A stretch of 63,937 bases of DNA, filler included, from Choristocarpus tenellus KU-1152 (taxonomy: Eukaryota > Protista > Phaeophyceae): the NCBI GenBank assembly GCA_964200185.2. It is 7 parts of 7 records of this genome, joined end to end, with 100 filler letters (N's around TTAATTAATTAA, not from the genome) between each part and the next. Parts side by side here need not be neighbours in the genome. Positions count along the whole stretch, not along the records: positions 13,748 to 40,858 come from CAXNAD020000152.1; 6 more parts are not named here. One strand, given 5' to 3'. The notes beneath the pieces were generated by a model. That model saw only the letters and a program-made list of their open reading frames with translations. It was not told the origin of the DNA and ran no database searches. Within the stretch, counting starts at the first letter, position 1; each line of letters starts with the position of its first letter. Positions 27,730 through 40,079 of this stretch are shown here, in pieces. The position numbers and the translations under genes are program-made.

Positions 27730-28509
27730 TCAGCACTCTCCAGACCTCAGCCTTTCCAAGCAGCTTAAGCATCCCTGGTGAGCAAAAGGAATATATGATA
27801 GGGAGTACCACACCATGGACACAAACTGCACCACCACTAGAATGAAAAGCACAATTCCCTGGAATGGAAAAGATTTGGTGCACGCCACAGCTATTGTCAT
27901 GACCAGAGTGGAGAGGTAAATAACAGTTGCAGCAATGCGTGTCGGGGCAAACATCTTCTTTATCTGTGCCCACGGGCCTGAAAGGAAGAAGGAACTGCAG
28001 ATGCTTACTACATTTCCGGCAGAGTAGAAGACTACAAAGGGCTCAGGGTTTCCCATTAGCAGCTTGACGATCCTGAGAAAGCATGGGATTGGCGAGCAAG
28101 AGTAGTCAGATCAGGCAGGGGGCGAGGGGTAGACCATGAATTTGGCACTGTCATGGATGTGTGTATGTTACATCATCAATCACACATTTTGCTTGATTGA
28201 CCATGTGGAAGGGAGCAGGGGGTCTTATGGTAGTGAATGATAAACAGAATAAGCCAGGTTGGTGTGTGCAAGGACCCTAAGGTCAAAGAATGCGATTTTG
28301 TTCGTGGAGGGGAGTGGGGAAGAGAGCACTCACCGGAAAGTAGAGCCGAATGTGAGGAGGAAACCGATGGTGAGACAGAAGCCGAAGCCCGCGATTCGCT
28401 GTTTCAGTGTCATTGAAGGGCAGACGCCGCAAACAGCCTCTTCCATTTCCTGCATTGCAGTCTTCTCTTCTGGTTCTTGCCCCAGCAGACGCCGAGAGCT
28501 TTCCTTCAT
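27730..28509 (-). CDS. SFT2: Vesicle transport protein SFT2 (Got1/Sft2 family)
   Basis: Exon 28509-28334 MKESSRRLLG...CPSMTLKQRIAGFGFCLTIGFLLTFGSTF plus exon 28072-27730 IVKLLMGNPEPFVVFYSAGNVVSICSSFFLSGPWAQIKKMFAPTRIAAT...WYSLSYIPFA. A small upstream exon is possible. Confidence 0.93.
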
Positions 28510-30899
28510 TGACTTTGTGAGACAAAGAGAAGTGAGAAGGGGCCAACAGGGCGAAGCTAGTCAAGATAGAAGGCATCACCATCCTATTGGCATTGCTCTC
28601 GCTCCGAGAACGAGGCAACTTTACACATAGTTTCGGTATCATTTTCTAGAAAGGATGAAATCGTGATAGGTGAAGACAAAACCGTTACGACACATTGTCG
28701 TTGCGGGTATATGTAATGAACAAGCGACTAAATCAACAACGTAACATGTTGTATGCTTGTCATATCCTTGTGGAAACTCACATCAAGTCAATGCACCATG
28801 ATCAGAGGTGACAGGGCGGTTGGTTGTGATCAATCTCTACATTGGCTATTTTTCGTCCACCAATATACAAGTAGCAAGAAGGGAAGAATTACCGACCTTG
28901 TTCAACACATCATTGCAAACACAACAGAAATGCTGACCATGACTAACAGACACCGACGAGTACAATAAAGTACGAAAATCGGCGATAACAACCACCGTCG
29001 AACTTAAAGGTGAGAAAAACAAGCACCTACTGGGCACAACGTAGTTAGAATGTCGTCAAAAGGCGAGATCAGAGACGTGGTTCGCAAATCACGGTACAGT
29101 AAGTAGTATCACCACCCGTCCTCACCTCAAACCATTCGCCTGACATCGACATTGCGTCTTCCACTCGAATCCACAGTCTTCTTACAGATTAGGAAACATA
29201 AAATGTAGTATCCCTCGCACACCTAGAGAACAGGGAACAACGGTGGAGTTGTAAATTGAAAGTGATATCTGCTTGGAACGAAAGGGTTTGTTTACACCTT
29301 GGAAAGCGTTTGCACGAGTGTTAAGAGGTGTAAGTGGATTGGTATTGTAGTGGAAAAAAGTTGGAAGGAGGATGTTCCCTGCATGAATTCCACAGGTTTG
29401 AACCCACATCAACCCCAGACTTCTTTCTGTAGGCATTTGGTTTCGACTATCCAATTCCGCGTACCAAGCAACGGAATGTACTACTGTGCCTAGCCCGTTC
29501 TATCCTATGTGTTGGTATGGAACAAGAATGCTGGACCAGAATCGAGGTACGAACGTGGATTGTTTGAGGGTGCTCGGGTACAAGAATCGAGGGAGGAGGT
29601 AAACTGGTAAGTGATGCGAGATTAATGAACTCAATTTGCGAGAAGCAGGGCATGAACGGAGGCAGTACAGTTAGTCATAGTGTAACAGTCAGTATAAGGA
29701 GTCGTGTAAAAGTGTGCCCTTGGCTCTGACCACGACTCAGGATAGTTGCCAGGCTAAAGATCAAGACAACAAGGCCGCGGACCACTCGCGGCATACGTGA
29801 AAATATGAAGGAGAGAGGCGAGGGTTGGAGAATGAAGGTGTGGGGGAGAGACTCAGTCAATCATAGTAGTGGCTTTAGAGTTCACTGGTACGCATCGATT
29901 GATCGCACATAAATTCGATGTATGCGATACAATGGTGGTCAAAACATTTTGTGAATATTGTTATGGAGCAAGAAGCAACATATGCCATACGTGTTAGGTC
30001 AAAGACAGCACAATAATGAGATGGAACCCACAATACCACGGGCAACAAGATATCCAAAACACTGCAGTATGATTTCCTTTGAAGGTAGATATGTGGCACT
30101 TCTTCATGTGTGCTCACTTCATTCACAAACAAATCGTCGATATGTATAGCCTCGACCTGTGGTGTAGAGCTAAGCTATATTGGAGGCATAGCAGCAGTGT
30201 ACACATTGTAATTACGAGCTTTGATGGGGCAGTGTAGTATACCTAGTAGTCAAATAGTGATAGATTGTGGAGAGATATCTTTTGCATTTACAAGCGTTAC
30301 TTTTACAGAGGTCCTTATGATATTGAATTGACTTTTCCCCTGACACATCTACAAAATGTTAAAGGGCATAATAATATAGGAGTATATGTTGCAGAGTAGT
30401 ACAACGACAGAATATTATTCTAACCCACACAACAAAACTTCACTGTCAAGTTTGGGTTTGATGGTATTGACCCCTGTATTTAAGTACACTCTTGTTTGCA
30501 GGGCCAGCTGCACACATACGTGAGGGATGGCGTTCTGCCAAACTGTTGATATTTGGAGGGGAGTGTGCAAAATAGGACAATAGTAAGGTGTACCCTGTTT
30601 AGTGTATGTGAGATTATGACATTTGATTGATTCATGTGATACGACTAATCAGATAGTACATCTGGATTATGTATGGGGATTATTTATGGGTTTGGTTCTG
30701 CATTTAACTACTCCGACATAACCAATGACTTATGTATGAAGCACAAAAAATGATAAAACAAGTAATAAGAAGACACCACACAAGGTCACTCTTCTTTTCA
30801 ACCATCTCATCATGTTCACCAATAATGGGGAATTGTGCGAGGCTCCACACCTTCTTTCCTTTGCTACTGATCAAATAGCAATACCTTCCGAGCTTAATT

Positions 30900-32490
30900 G
30901 CACGGGTTAGGAGTGTCGACAGCATGAAGAACGACATGAAGAAGTTGCCTATCTGGACTGGAGCACCAGCACGGTCAGTGGAGACCTGGACAAATGGAGA
31001 TAATCTGTGGTGGGTTGCGCTGATGGAAAGGGCCTGTAAGACATTTGCAGCGAAAATACATCGTCCTGAACTCACGGAGACACCATACGAACAGGAACAA
31101 ACATTGCACTATAACTATGAAAAAAGAGTCAATGGAGGATGCACAGAGGACGAGATCCCTGTGCAGCTGAACGGAGGACTAGAGGGGAAAGGAGCAGCTA
31201 CATCTGAGGTGCTTGCTGTGATGGCACACCTCCACAACCCCCCACTTGCCCGTAAGAGGCTAGAGTTAGGCCTCCAACTGCTGAGGGAGAAGGAGCCAAG
31301 CAACCAACCCTGGTAGGTTAAGGCATTGCTCTTTCCAAGGTGGTTGCCACAATGGCAGACCTTGATTATTCTTGCAGGGAAGTTTATTGGCAAAGGACTG
31401 CCTGCACAAGACTTGTAAGTCTGGGGAGAAAGTACTACCTACTCCAGACCATCAAGAACCATCTTCTATATCAGGGGCAACCTGGTGACGCAGGTTATCA
31501 GCAAAGGGCTGCCTGCACAACACTGAAAATCTGGGGAGTATGTACAATCTACTCAAAACCATCTAGACCATATTCTCTATCAGAGGCACTCGCGGGGCCT
31601 GATGCACAAGAATGGCACACGGTGATGGAGAAGATGAAGGGAACATTCATAGAGGAAGAAGTTTTGACATGAGGAAGGAAACCTGACAAGACTAAGTCCG
31701 AATTTAAGATAAAGCCAACAGCCGAGGGGACCATTGAATAGTTCAAGGCCAGGTTGGTGGCACAGGACTTCACTCAACGAGAGGGTATAAAAAAATCCAA
31801 ATATAATGGGCATCAAGCCTGGGGGAGTGAGTGCTATGTTCACCAAGAAAAGAGCAGAGAGGAGGCGGTTAAGTTTCACTGTCATACATCAAGCTGAAAT
31901 GCACCAGGGAGTATGTCAGCAAATATTTTTTTACAGTAAAGTATATACCCACATCACTACAACTTGCAGACATCTTGACAAACAAACAAAAAAGATACGA
32001 AAGAAACAGGTAAAAGTCTTCGTAGACACTGTGTTGACCAGATGAATGTTGTGTGCTAGAGTTGAAGCAATCTGTGTTCTTTTACTTCCGCTCTCATGGG
32101 GGGAGTGTGCAGAATAAGATACAAATCAAGGTAATATGTAACCGAAAGCATTTGGGACTATTCAGTCCAGTGGTGGGATTTGACATTTTATTCGGGCAGT
32201 CCTGGCTACAGCAGCCAACAGAAACTAAGTCATCAACTCCCTAGACTTTACTCAAGCCTACCTGAATTCACCTCTCCCTGAGGATGTATGGCTATAACTG
32301 CCCAACGGATCCATCGTGAAAGCTGCCAGGGCCATCCATGGGCTTTAGCAATCAGTGATGAAGTCTTGCAGGGAGCTCAAGGGGTCAATATTAGATGAGG
32401 TGTGGGTTATCAGCGACTTCGGTGCCTGCCTATATGTGAAGAGGGGCGAGGATGGTCGGATCACTGTCCTCTTCCACTATGTGGATCATG
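30900..32490 (+). mobile_element. Degenerate Ty1/copia LTR-retrotransposon pol relic (integrase C-term and RT)
   Basis: LWWVAL...TPYE; PYSLSEALAGPDAQEW; FKARLVAQDFTQREGI (31742-31789); LFSPVVGFD; LDFTQAYLNSPLPEDVWL; FHYVDH (decayed YVDD). Many stops. Confidence 0.88.
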
Positions 32491-32832
32491 CTCTTACCTT
32501 CCAAGGTTAATTGCACAGGGAGTATTGTTCAGTGGTTCGGCTCCTCCTGTGACTGCCTTCTGGTTCTTGATGCTAATTGAGATAACTTTCCGTTAAAATT
32601 AAGGTATAAAAATTGAAAACTTTCAAAAAACTCGATTGAACTATTGGAGTGTGATGGTGACGAGGCCGAACAACATGTCGATCTTGAAATGTCATGTCAT
32701 ACCACCTGGCAGAAAATGGGTCCCTGACTGGAATGGGGACCCCCTACAGACACGAATTTTTTACTCATACCACCTCTTTTCAGTGCTCTTTCGCCATCTC
32801 CAGAAGAGGCATAATCTCTTGTAGAAGTATCT

Positions 32833-33028
32833 GAGCCAAAGTATCTTAGAGGGTAGAGCCGCGTCCATTTGGGGGTCACAATCCAATGTTGTTTTCATAA
32901 CGTGCACATTTTACCTACTCCGAAATATTTTGGAGTAGGAAAATGTCAGAAAAAAACCCTTTGGAAGTCAATCCCCAAACGGACAAACAGGGCAAAACTC
33001 GTACCCTAACCCTAACATACTTTCACTC
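32833..33028 (-). mobile_element. MITE family B, shorter copy with perfect 4-bp TSD ATCT
   Basis: ATCT-gagccaaagtatcttagagggtag...catactttcactc-ATCT. Confidence 0.88.
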
Positions 33029-33182
33029 ATCTGAGGTGGACTATGACTTTCTTTTCTTTGGAAGGACTGAAAATATACTGTGGATTATATATGTATGTAT
33101 GTGACTATGATTGGTTAAATGCCAAAGGCGAAGGTTGCTTCAGTCATCATGACAATTTCAGTGATCATTTTCTTCTTCTATT

Positions 33183-33358
33183 GGCTCAAAGTATCTAGGG
33201 TGTGTTTGTGACAGCTGTCTATTCGGGGCCCATTTTTCCATGTCGCGATTTTTGGGTGATTTGGCTGCATGCATCGGATGGATGATATACATTCAATTCT
33301 CCTGGTCAGGGTCCGAATGGACACCCTGATGTAGACTCCCCCCCCCATACTTTGAGCC
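33183..33358 (-). mobile_element. MITE family A, copy with 3-bp TSD ATT
   Basis: ATT-ggctcaaagtatct...atactttgagcc-ATT. The interior is the reverse complement of 29-212. Confidence 0.88.
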
Positions 33359-34114
33359 ATTACTATACACCGCCTCCTCTTTCTACACTATATGGTCATA
33401 GCAATTCTTGAGATATCGCTGAAGGAGAGAAGGTACGTATAAAATACAACAGCAACCAACACAATACCTGTGAGTTGTGAGTATCGGCACCTTGTGGTGA
33501 GAAAGGCACTAGCTTGTGGGATATATGGTGCGTCTTAGAGAAAAAATATATGTAACTGAACAATCGAACCTTTTCAGTTATGATCTGGGTTATTCTCAAT
33601 ATATTGAGCTGAAGTAAATTGAACTGTTGCAGTACACAATACTTCTTCTGGTACATGTGCCCCTCAAATGCCCCAAATATAGACCCCCCTCACCGACATG
33701 TTCTATGTTAAAAGTGTAGCAGAGTGAGGCCGTCCAAGAAGATCATGAGGGCACATGCACACTCACTACAACGACCACCACTACCACCACTACTAATAAT
33801 AATACTTTGACTACGTCAACTACTACTGCCTTCTGACTGTTGCTTATCTCATTTTTAGTCTATTTCCTTTGAGTTCATTATTATTTTATTGTGTCCACGT
33901 TCCATCTGTGTGATATGTGATGACTGGCGTTTGGGTTAGATGGACCGATTGTGACGTTGAACTTTCTTCTCCCCTTTCTCCCGAAAGAACTGGTGGTGTT
34001 GGCGAAATTGTTGATGTTGTCCTGTCCCAGCTGTAAGGTGCTAGAGCATATGTATTGTCGTCTACGTTTTCTCCACTACTCTTATTAGCTATAGAGTTTT
34101 TTCTTTCTTTTTCC

Positions 34115-34367
34115 GAGTGAAAGTATTTTAGAGGGTACGAGTTTTGCCCTGTTTGTCCATTTGGGACTTGGCTTCCCATGCTTATTTTTATGACACTTTT
34201 CTACTCCAAATTTTTCGGAGTAGGTAAAATGTGTATGTGACGAAAAGGTGTGTCCGGAACAAGGATATTGACACTTCCTAACACGATAGCCAAAATTACA
34301 TCAAATTGAAACAATAGATTTTGACCTCCAAATGGACATGGCTCTACCCTCTAAGATACTTTGGCTC
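34115..34367 (+). mobile_element. MITE family B copy
   Basis: gagtgaaagtattttagagggtac...ctaccctctaagatactttggctc, colinear with 5540-5797. TSD not recovered. Confidence 0.85.
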
Positions 34368-34513
34368 TCTGTATTTTTTATTTCATTTCTGTAGTATTTT
34401 GTATTATTTCTCTCCAGTACTTCGTTCATGTTTTCGTTTTTCCTCTACGTTACGAGGATAGATCGGGACCATTTTCTTTCCATACACTAGATGAAATCAC
34501 AATTCAGCAAAAG

Positions 34514-34713
34514 AACAGCCGATTTCAAAAATTGAGGATGGATTTTTTCATTGAGGATGGGCTTGACCCTAAATTGACTGGGATAAAGTGTCGATATGTT
34601 TTTTTTTTTAATTACAATACAAAAATATATATATCGACACTTTATCCCTGTCAATTTTGGGTCAAGTCCATCCTCAATGAAAATGTCCATCCTCAATTTT
34701 GAAATCGGCTGTT
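34514..34713. mobile_element. Foldback MITE family C (~85-bp inverted arms, 4-bp TSD AAAG)
   Basis: AAAG-aacagccgatttcaaaaattgaggatg...catcctcaattttgaaatcggctgtt-AAAG, a near-perfect palindrome. Confidence 0.9.
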
Positions 34714-35312
34714 AAAGGCTCTCTCTGTAATTGCACAAAATAGCATATTTTTGCCCTTTCTTGGGATCCTTAAAATGCATCCCTGCCTACCTCTCCGCTG
34801 GTTTGACTCACGATCAAGGCATTTGATGAGGGGTACCTGATGGAGGAGTAAGACCAACCATTATTTGCAAGGTTTCGGATTATTTGAAATGGCATGATGA
34901 GTGAAATTCTATCGAAGGAGTGGAGAGCCAAGCTTGATAATCAGATCATTATCAGAATTTGGTGAGAATTTGCTAACATGTGGGGAGGGAGCTACCCTCT
35001 AAACTACAAAAAAAAGAAGAAGTAGGGAGGTCTTGTCTTGCTTGAAGAATGTGTACAGCGGGTATTTCTGTTTGTCTTTCAACTATCATCATGGTCTTAA
35101 AGAGCCCAGCATCCAGCATATCCGCTAATCTCTTCCTGTCTCAAAAATCAGTTTGACAACATACATCATTAAGTATTCTGTTGTGATATCTTCTTCAACC
35201 TTTAACCTTCAACCTCTCCACAATCAATCTTGGTAGTATCACAGAGGTTGTTCCCTCCATAAATCTCGCGAGTTCAACCCTGCTCACACGAGGGTTCTTT
35301 TAATGGAAATGT

Positions 35313-35492
35313 GGGTCAAAGCATCTGGAGGCGGGGGGGGGATCTACACCAGGGTGTCCATTCGGACCCTGACCCAGTGAAGTGAACTTACATTGTCCAT
35401 TCGACGTGTGCAACCAAAGCACACAAAAATCGCGACATGGAAAAATGGGTTCCAAATGGACATCCGGTACCCCCTCCCAGATACTCTGAGCC
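35313..35492 (+). mobile_element. MITE family A copy
   Basis: gggtcaaagcatctgg...agggtgtccattcggaccctgacc...cccagatactctgagcc. TSD not recovered. Confidence 0.82.
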
Positions 35493-35955
35493 AATACTGA
35501 TGTTGCCTAGACAATAACTTGACTCCGATTGTGGGAAGAGGTGTAAGTCGAGGTTCACATTAACTTCTCAGAAACCATAGTGGTGTGATGGTGTCCAACT
35601 TCAAATATGGGCAAATCGGAGAAGCAAGGAGTTGCTTTTCCTATCCACTCAAACTTAAAGTGTGTTTATTGGCCAGCCACTCATGCTCCAAAATGATCCA
35701 TTCTCCATATTTTAAGTTACAAGCCATACTGTGTATCTAGTAGTACCATCTTGTGAAGCAGTTTTTGTGGAACACAGTGGAACTTTTTTAGAGTTGTGAA
35801 CCGAGAGAATTTGCGACTTACGATAATATTTGATTCAGTTCGTGTTGCATAATCGATTAATTGTGTGGGTCAGAGTGCATGACATACTCACAAGAAATTA
35901 AACCCTCCTGGTATGAGGGGTCTTTGCCAGTGGCGAATGATGTCGGAGTTAACAC

Positions 35956-36501
35956 CATTCAGAATACGGTTTTAGTGAGTAGGCTTAACAGTCTGTCGTG
36001 AACACTACTTTGCTAGGAATTTGAAAACATGATGATTTTAGTGCGATAGATTGTCATGTTCACTAAATATCTCACAATGCATGTATTTTGGACAACTGTG
36101 ATGATGTGTACACTACTAAAAATTTATCCTTCCACCAGATAGATCAGAGTGAGGGGCAGTCACCCGTAGGTGCTTGTTGTGAAGGGCAGGCCCTGTTGGA
36201 CATTACAATGCCAGAAATCCGTTAAGCAGAACCCTGTTTGGTAGTTGATACAATCTGGTAGGTGAACACGACTTACTACCACGTATTGATAGCTATGTCT
36301 ACAACACGACTTCACCACTTTACTTTGGGAACTTTTTTGTAGTAAGTGTACATATCGTCACAGTTGTCCAAAAAATGTACACTTCTACGTTTTTTAGCGA
36401 ACACTACAATCTGTTACGGTCTGTGAAATGTTTTTAGATACCTAGTAAATTAGCGTCCAAGACAGATTGTTACGTCTGCAGAGTAAAACGTGTTCTGAAT
36501 G
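35956..36501. repeat. Long imperfect inverted repeat (~165-bp arms), probably an old foldback element
   Basis: cattcagaatac...ttggacaactgtgatgatgtgtacac pairs with gtgtacatatcgtcacagttgtccaa...gtgttctgaatg. Confidence 0.7.
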
Positions 36502-36964
36502 TATAGGGGAAAGATTACTTCTCATAATAGTTTGAAAAACAAGTACATCATATAGTAGTTTTAAAACAAGTATTCGATGATACGGTGATATATGTTGATA
36601 TCACACGTTGGAAGTAGAGGAATTGTATTTTTCTAATGAGTAATTCAAGAATATAACTAGAGCCTCATTTCTGTCATAAATATTTGTGCCTGTTATCTTT
36701 TGAGTACCACGTACAATAACTAGAAAGCCAAGTACTCACATAGTGTCGTCGACCTACTATCTCCTGGGACTGTGGCTGAGGGAGGAGCACTCAATACTCC
36801 TCTGCCTGTATCGTCAATCGATTCCCTTCTTAACGTTTCATATCATTCTGGTGGCCACCCTACCAATATGTATTTGTCAGTTTGAACTTTGAAGTAATAC
36901 ACCTGTACAAGGTCGCAGCCTGGAGCAGTGCCACAAACATTGGGTGGAGTGACGCTAGTGGGTC

Positions 36965-39900
36965 ATGCGTGAGTATAAATACCATCCCGAAGACCCTCGG
37001 TCCAGGTTGGATGGCTACCTGGGTAATCTCACCGAATCGCAGCAGGTGTGACACTCAACAAATTCATTTTTGCAGTTCGTGGGGAAACATGACCTCTCGT
37101 TTGGTTGTGCGACACTCATTCGTCGCCTTAAAATCAGCGTGAATAAAGCTAGCAGTTATTGTATCTAACCTGAACCAAACACAACGTTAATTAGGTTGCC
37201 TTGGCAGACCTGGAAAGGGCGGTCCAGGAAAATATTATGGACCTTACCATGGTCTGTGGCAGATGGGGCGAGGAGATTTCCCGCTCGACTGAGCCTGTTC
37301 AGCTCTGTCTTCTCCGCTTTCTGAGGGCGAATGACTTCATCGTGCCTAAAGCCCTTTCTCAGGTGATATGCTATCAAGCAAAGGTGCCAAGATCAAGATG
37401 CACAGGACTGCAAGAAGCTCGACGATGTATGTTGTAGTGTAGATGGATAATTCTCATTTCTTACCCTCACCTCTCGTAACTCTCCCTTAACTGCCTATGA
37501 TCCTGGCTCATAGCTCGAGGAGAATGTGATATACCGCTCCGAGCACGACGTAGGAGAGCTGGTGCGGAGTTCAATGAGGGAGATCTTGGGGTGTGACCCT
37601 GACAAAGTCAATAGGTATGCCAAGCGCGCGAGTGCTTACAGTGATAGCTCCAATATGTTGACCACTTTCACCTCTCTGTTATCGATTCTAGACTAAAAAG
37701 GGGGTAGTGCCCTAGGTGTGTTCTCCCAGACCCATATATCAATCGGAAGAGGAGATATCACTACATTCCTCCAGGACAACCCACAGCCCACCTGAGACTT
37801 CGATTTCTGCCTCTCCCTCCCCCCTGCATTTCGTGGGATAATACATAATTAGCAGCAAATTATAGCTCTGCTCAGTCATGTCAGCCCTTGTGTATCTCCA
37901 TGGTGGGTCCTATTCCATGATAGCTTCTGTTAACTTCCGAAATGGTACACCCCTCCCATCTATTACAGGTACTATCCGCGATGGCTCCTGGGTCATGATC
38001 GGCTTGGCCGTCCAGTTTTGGCCAAGCAGTATGGGGGGTTGAAGTTGTCAGAGCTAACGCAGCTCACTACTGTGGAGAAGATGGTGAACAGTCATGTGTG
38101 GGAGCAGGAGATGGTGCTCAAGCTACACCGGGAAAAGACAGCGGAGACAGGGATCATTGTGGACACGTCGGTGGTCATTATTGACACCAAGGGTCTGACC
38201 CTTCGCCATGTGTGTGAACTCATTTTTCTACTAGAGTATTGCAGTTTGAAATTTTTTGCGGGTATGACCTGAACCAGCTTTCATAAAAACCCCACACACT
38301 CAAGTACGAAGACAAAACGTATGTGACGAACGACGTGAGGGTTTTGTTTTGTGCGTATAGTACGAAGTGTGCTTATGCATGAGAAAACAACAAGTCGGAT
38401 CCTTCAATTACAATCTCGATTAGTCTTCAATCAATTGAACCATAGGGGCACAATTCACGGTACTGATATTTTTCTCGTGCAATACGAGTTCACACCTGTG
38501 GGAATTCCAGTGCATGCCATCGGGCGTTCTTAACAAGTTGAGAACAAGCAAGCCTTTTTCGCAAAAAACAGTGTGTTAGAAACAACGGGCGCAGAAGATG
38601 CGAAGGGAGATCAGTGCTTAGAAGAACGCCTCGCTGGAAAATCTCAATGCTTGCGAGTAGCGTGTCTTCGATATGCACGCAACAACAATGTGCTGGAGGT
38701 GTCACAGAGACAATACCGATGGAGTTGATAATTAACGCTGTACAACTGCAGACCCTGAGACATCCCAGCATTTGTGAAGTGTTTTCTTGTGGAGGTACCG
38801 AATCAATGATCACAAAAACGCCCGCTTCTTCCCGATTTTTGTGTTGCGTGTGTGTGATTGACTCTCTGTGTGGTGATGAGGAATATCCAGGTGACCAAGG
38901 ACTTCGTGCTTCTCCTCAAGTCCCTGGCTCACCTGGACCAGCTGATCTTCCCCGAGACACTGGGGAAGCTTTTCATTGTGAACACCCCAGCACTTTTTGG
39001 TTACGTCTGGGGGATCTTCAGCCCCCTGCTCGACCCCCGTACTAGGTCCAAGGTTTGCGCTTGTCCTTGATTTTCTCACTGTATTTTACTGGCGAGGCAC
39101 CTGTTACAATTTCTATCAGCTTTAAGTGTGCGTGTTTTTGTGTACAATCTTGTGCAAGAAGGCGTGATGGTGTGTGGAGTTCACTTTCAGGCGCGAACGT
39201 TATTGTCCCCCGCCTGCAGCTGTTTTAGGAATCCTTGACAAGTGACCATTATTTTGTTTCAGCTCTAGGGCATGGGACGAACTCTTGAACGGCGTGTTTG
39301 TCAACTTTACCTTAATCTGATCTTTTTCCTGCTTTTCAAGGTGTATCGTTAATAATATATATATTATGTTTGTACCTTCCGAGTAATCTCGGTTCAATAT
39401 TCACACACCCCCTTTCCCCCGATGCGTTCAACAACCTGCGGAGAGCTGGTCCCCTTCATCCCCTTGAAAACCGTTTGGCATTACCCCTGGCCTTGCTGAT
39501 CCTGTGCAGATTTCCATCCTCTCCCGACCCAAGGAGTGGAAGCCGGCTTTGCTGGAGATAGTGGATTCGAACCAACTGCCGCCAGAATATGGGGGAACCG
39601 GAACCCCTCTTGATGAGACACCTTGGCTGCCTGTTGTTTTGGCCCCATGGGGTAGTACTACCACTGGTGGTTGCATTAGTGGCAGCAACCAGTCACCCTT
39701 GTCTCCATCTCAGGAGGAGTCTTTGCTGTATGAGACTGGGAGTGGGGGCAGCAGCGAAGAACCCGGTGGTGAGGCTGTGGATTGTCGTGGGGAGTATGGA
39801 GGCGATGAGAAGCTAGAAGATTTTGAAAAGGAGATGGAGTCTACGAGTTCTGCAGCAGGGAGTGACATAACTGGAGCAAGGGTGTCGGGGAAGGGAACAG

Positions 39901-40079
39901 AGGCGAAGGCTGAATCTGGGGGTGAGGGGTGGCTGCTGAGCAGGAGGTTGGGTGGATTGTGGCAGTGGTGGGGAGGTGGTGGAAGTGATGGAGGTGGGAA
40001 GATTGGAGGGTCCAGGGGGGGAGGGGGGGAGGGCAGTGAGTCGTCAATAGACGAGGATGAGGTGAGTTGGCTGAGTTGA
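36965..40079 (+). CDS. SEC14/CRAL-TRIO lipid-binding protein
   Basis: Exons 36965-37045, 37195-37362, 37514-37614, 37969-38209, 38891-39052 and 39510-40079. Motifs GYLGNLTESQQ, LLRFLRANDF, GHDRLGRPV, VVIIDTKGL, FPETLGKLFIVNTP, LLDPRTRSKI, LPPEYGG. A further 3' exon is possible after gtgagt at ~40062. Confidence 0.93.

Noticed and set aside
28259-28642. Overlapping 123-aa (+) and 119-aa (-) ORFs
   Set aside because: Shadow frames of SFT2 exon 1, which uses a different minus-strand frame.
29100-29793. Signal-peptide-like MPRVVRGLVVLIFSLATIL and downstream exon-like segments on the minus strand
   Set aside because: Could not build a stop-free spliced frame or recognise a family; at most a decayed gene.
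34361-34702. Mirror ORFs on both strands encoding FIEDGLDPKLTGIKCRY
   Set aside because: By-product of the palindromic foldback MITE.
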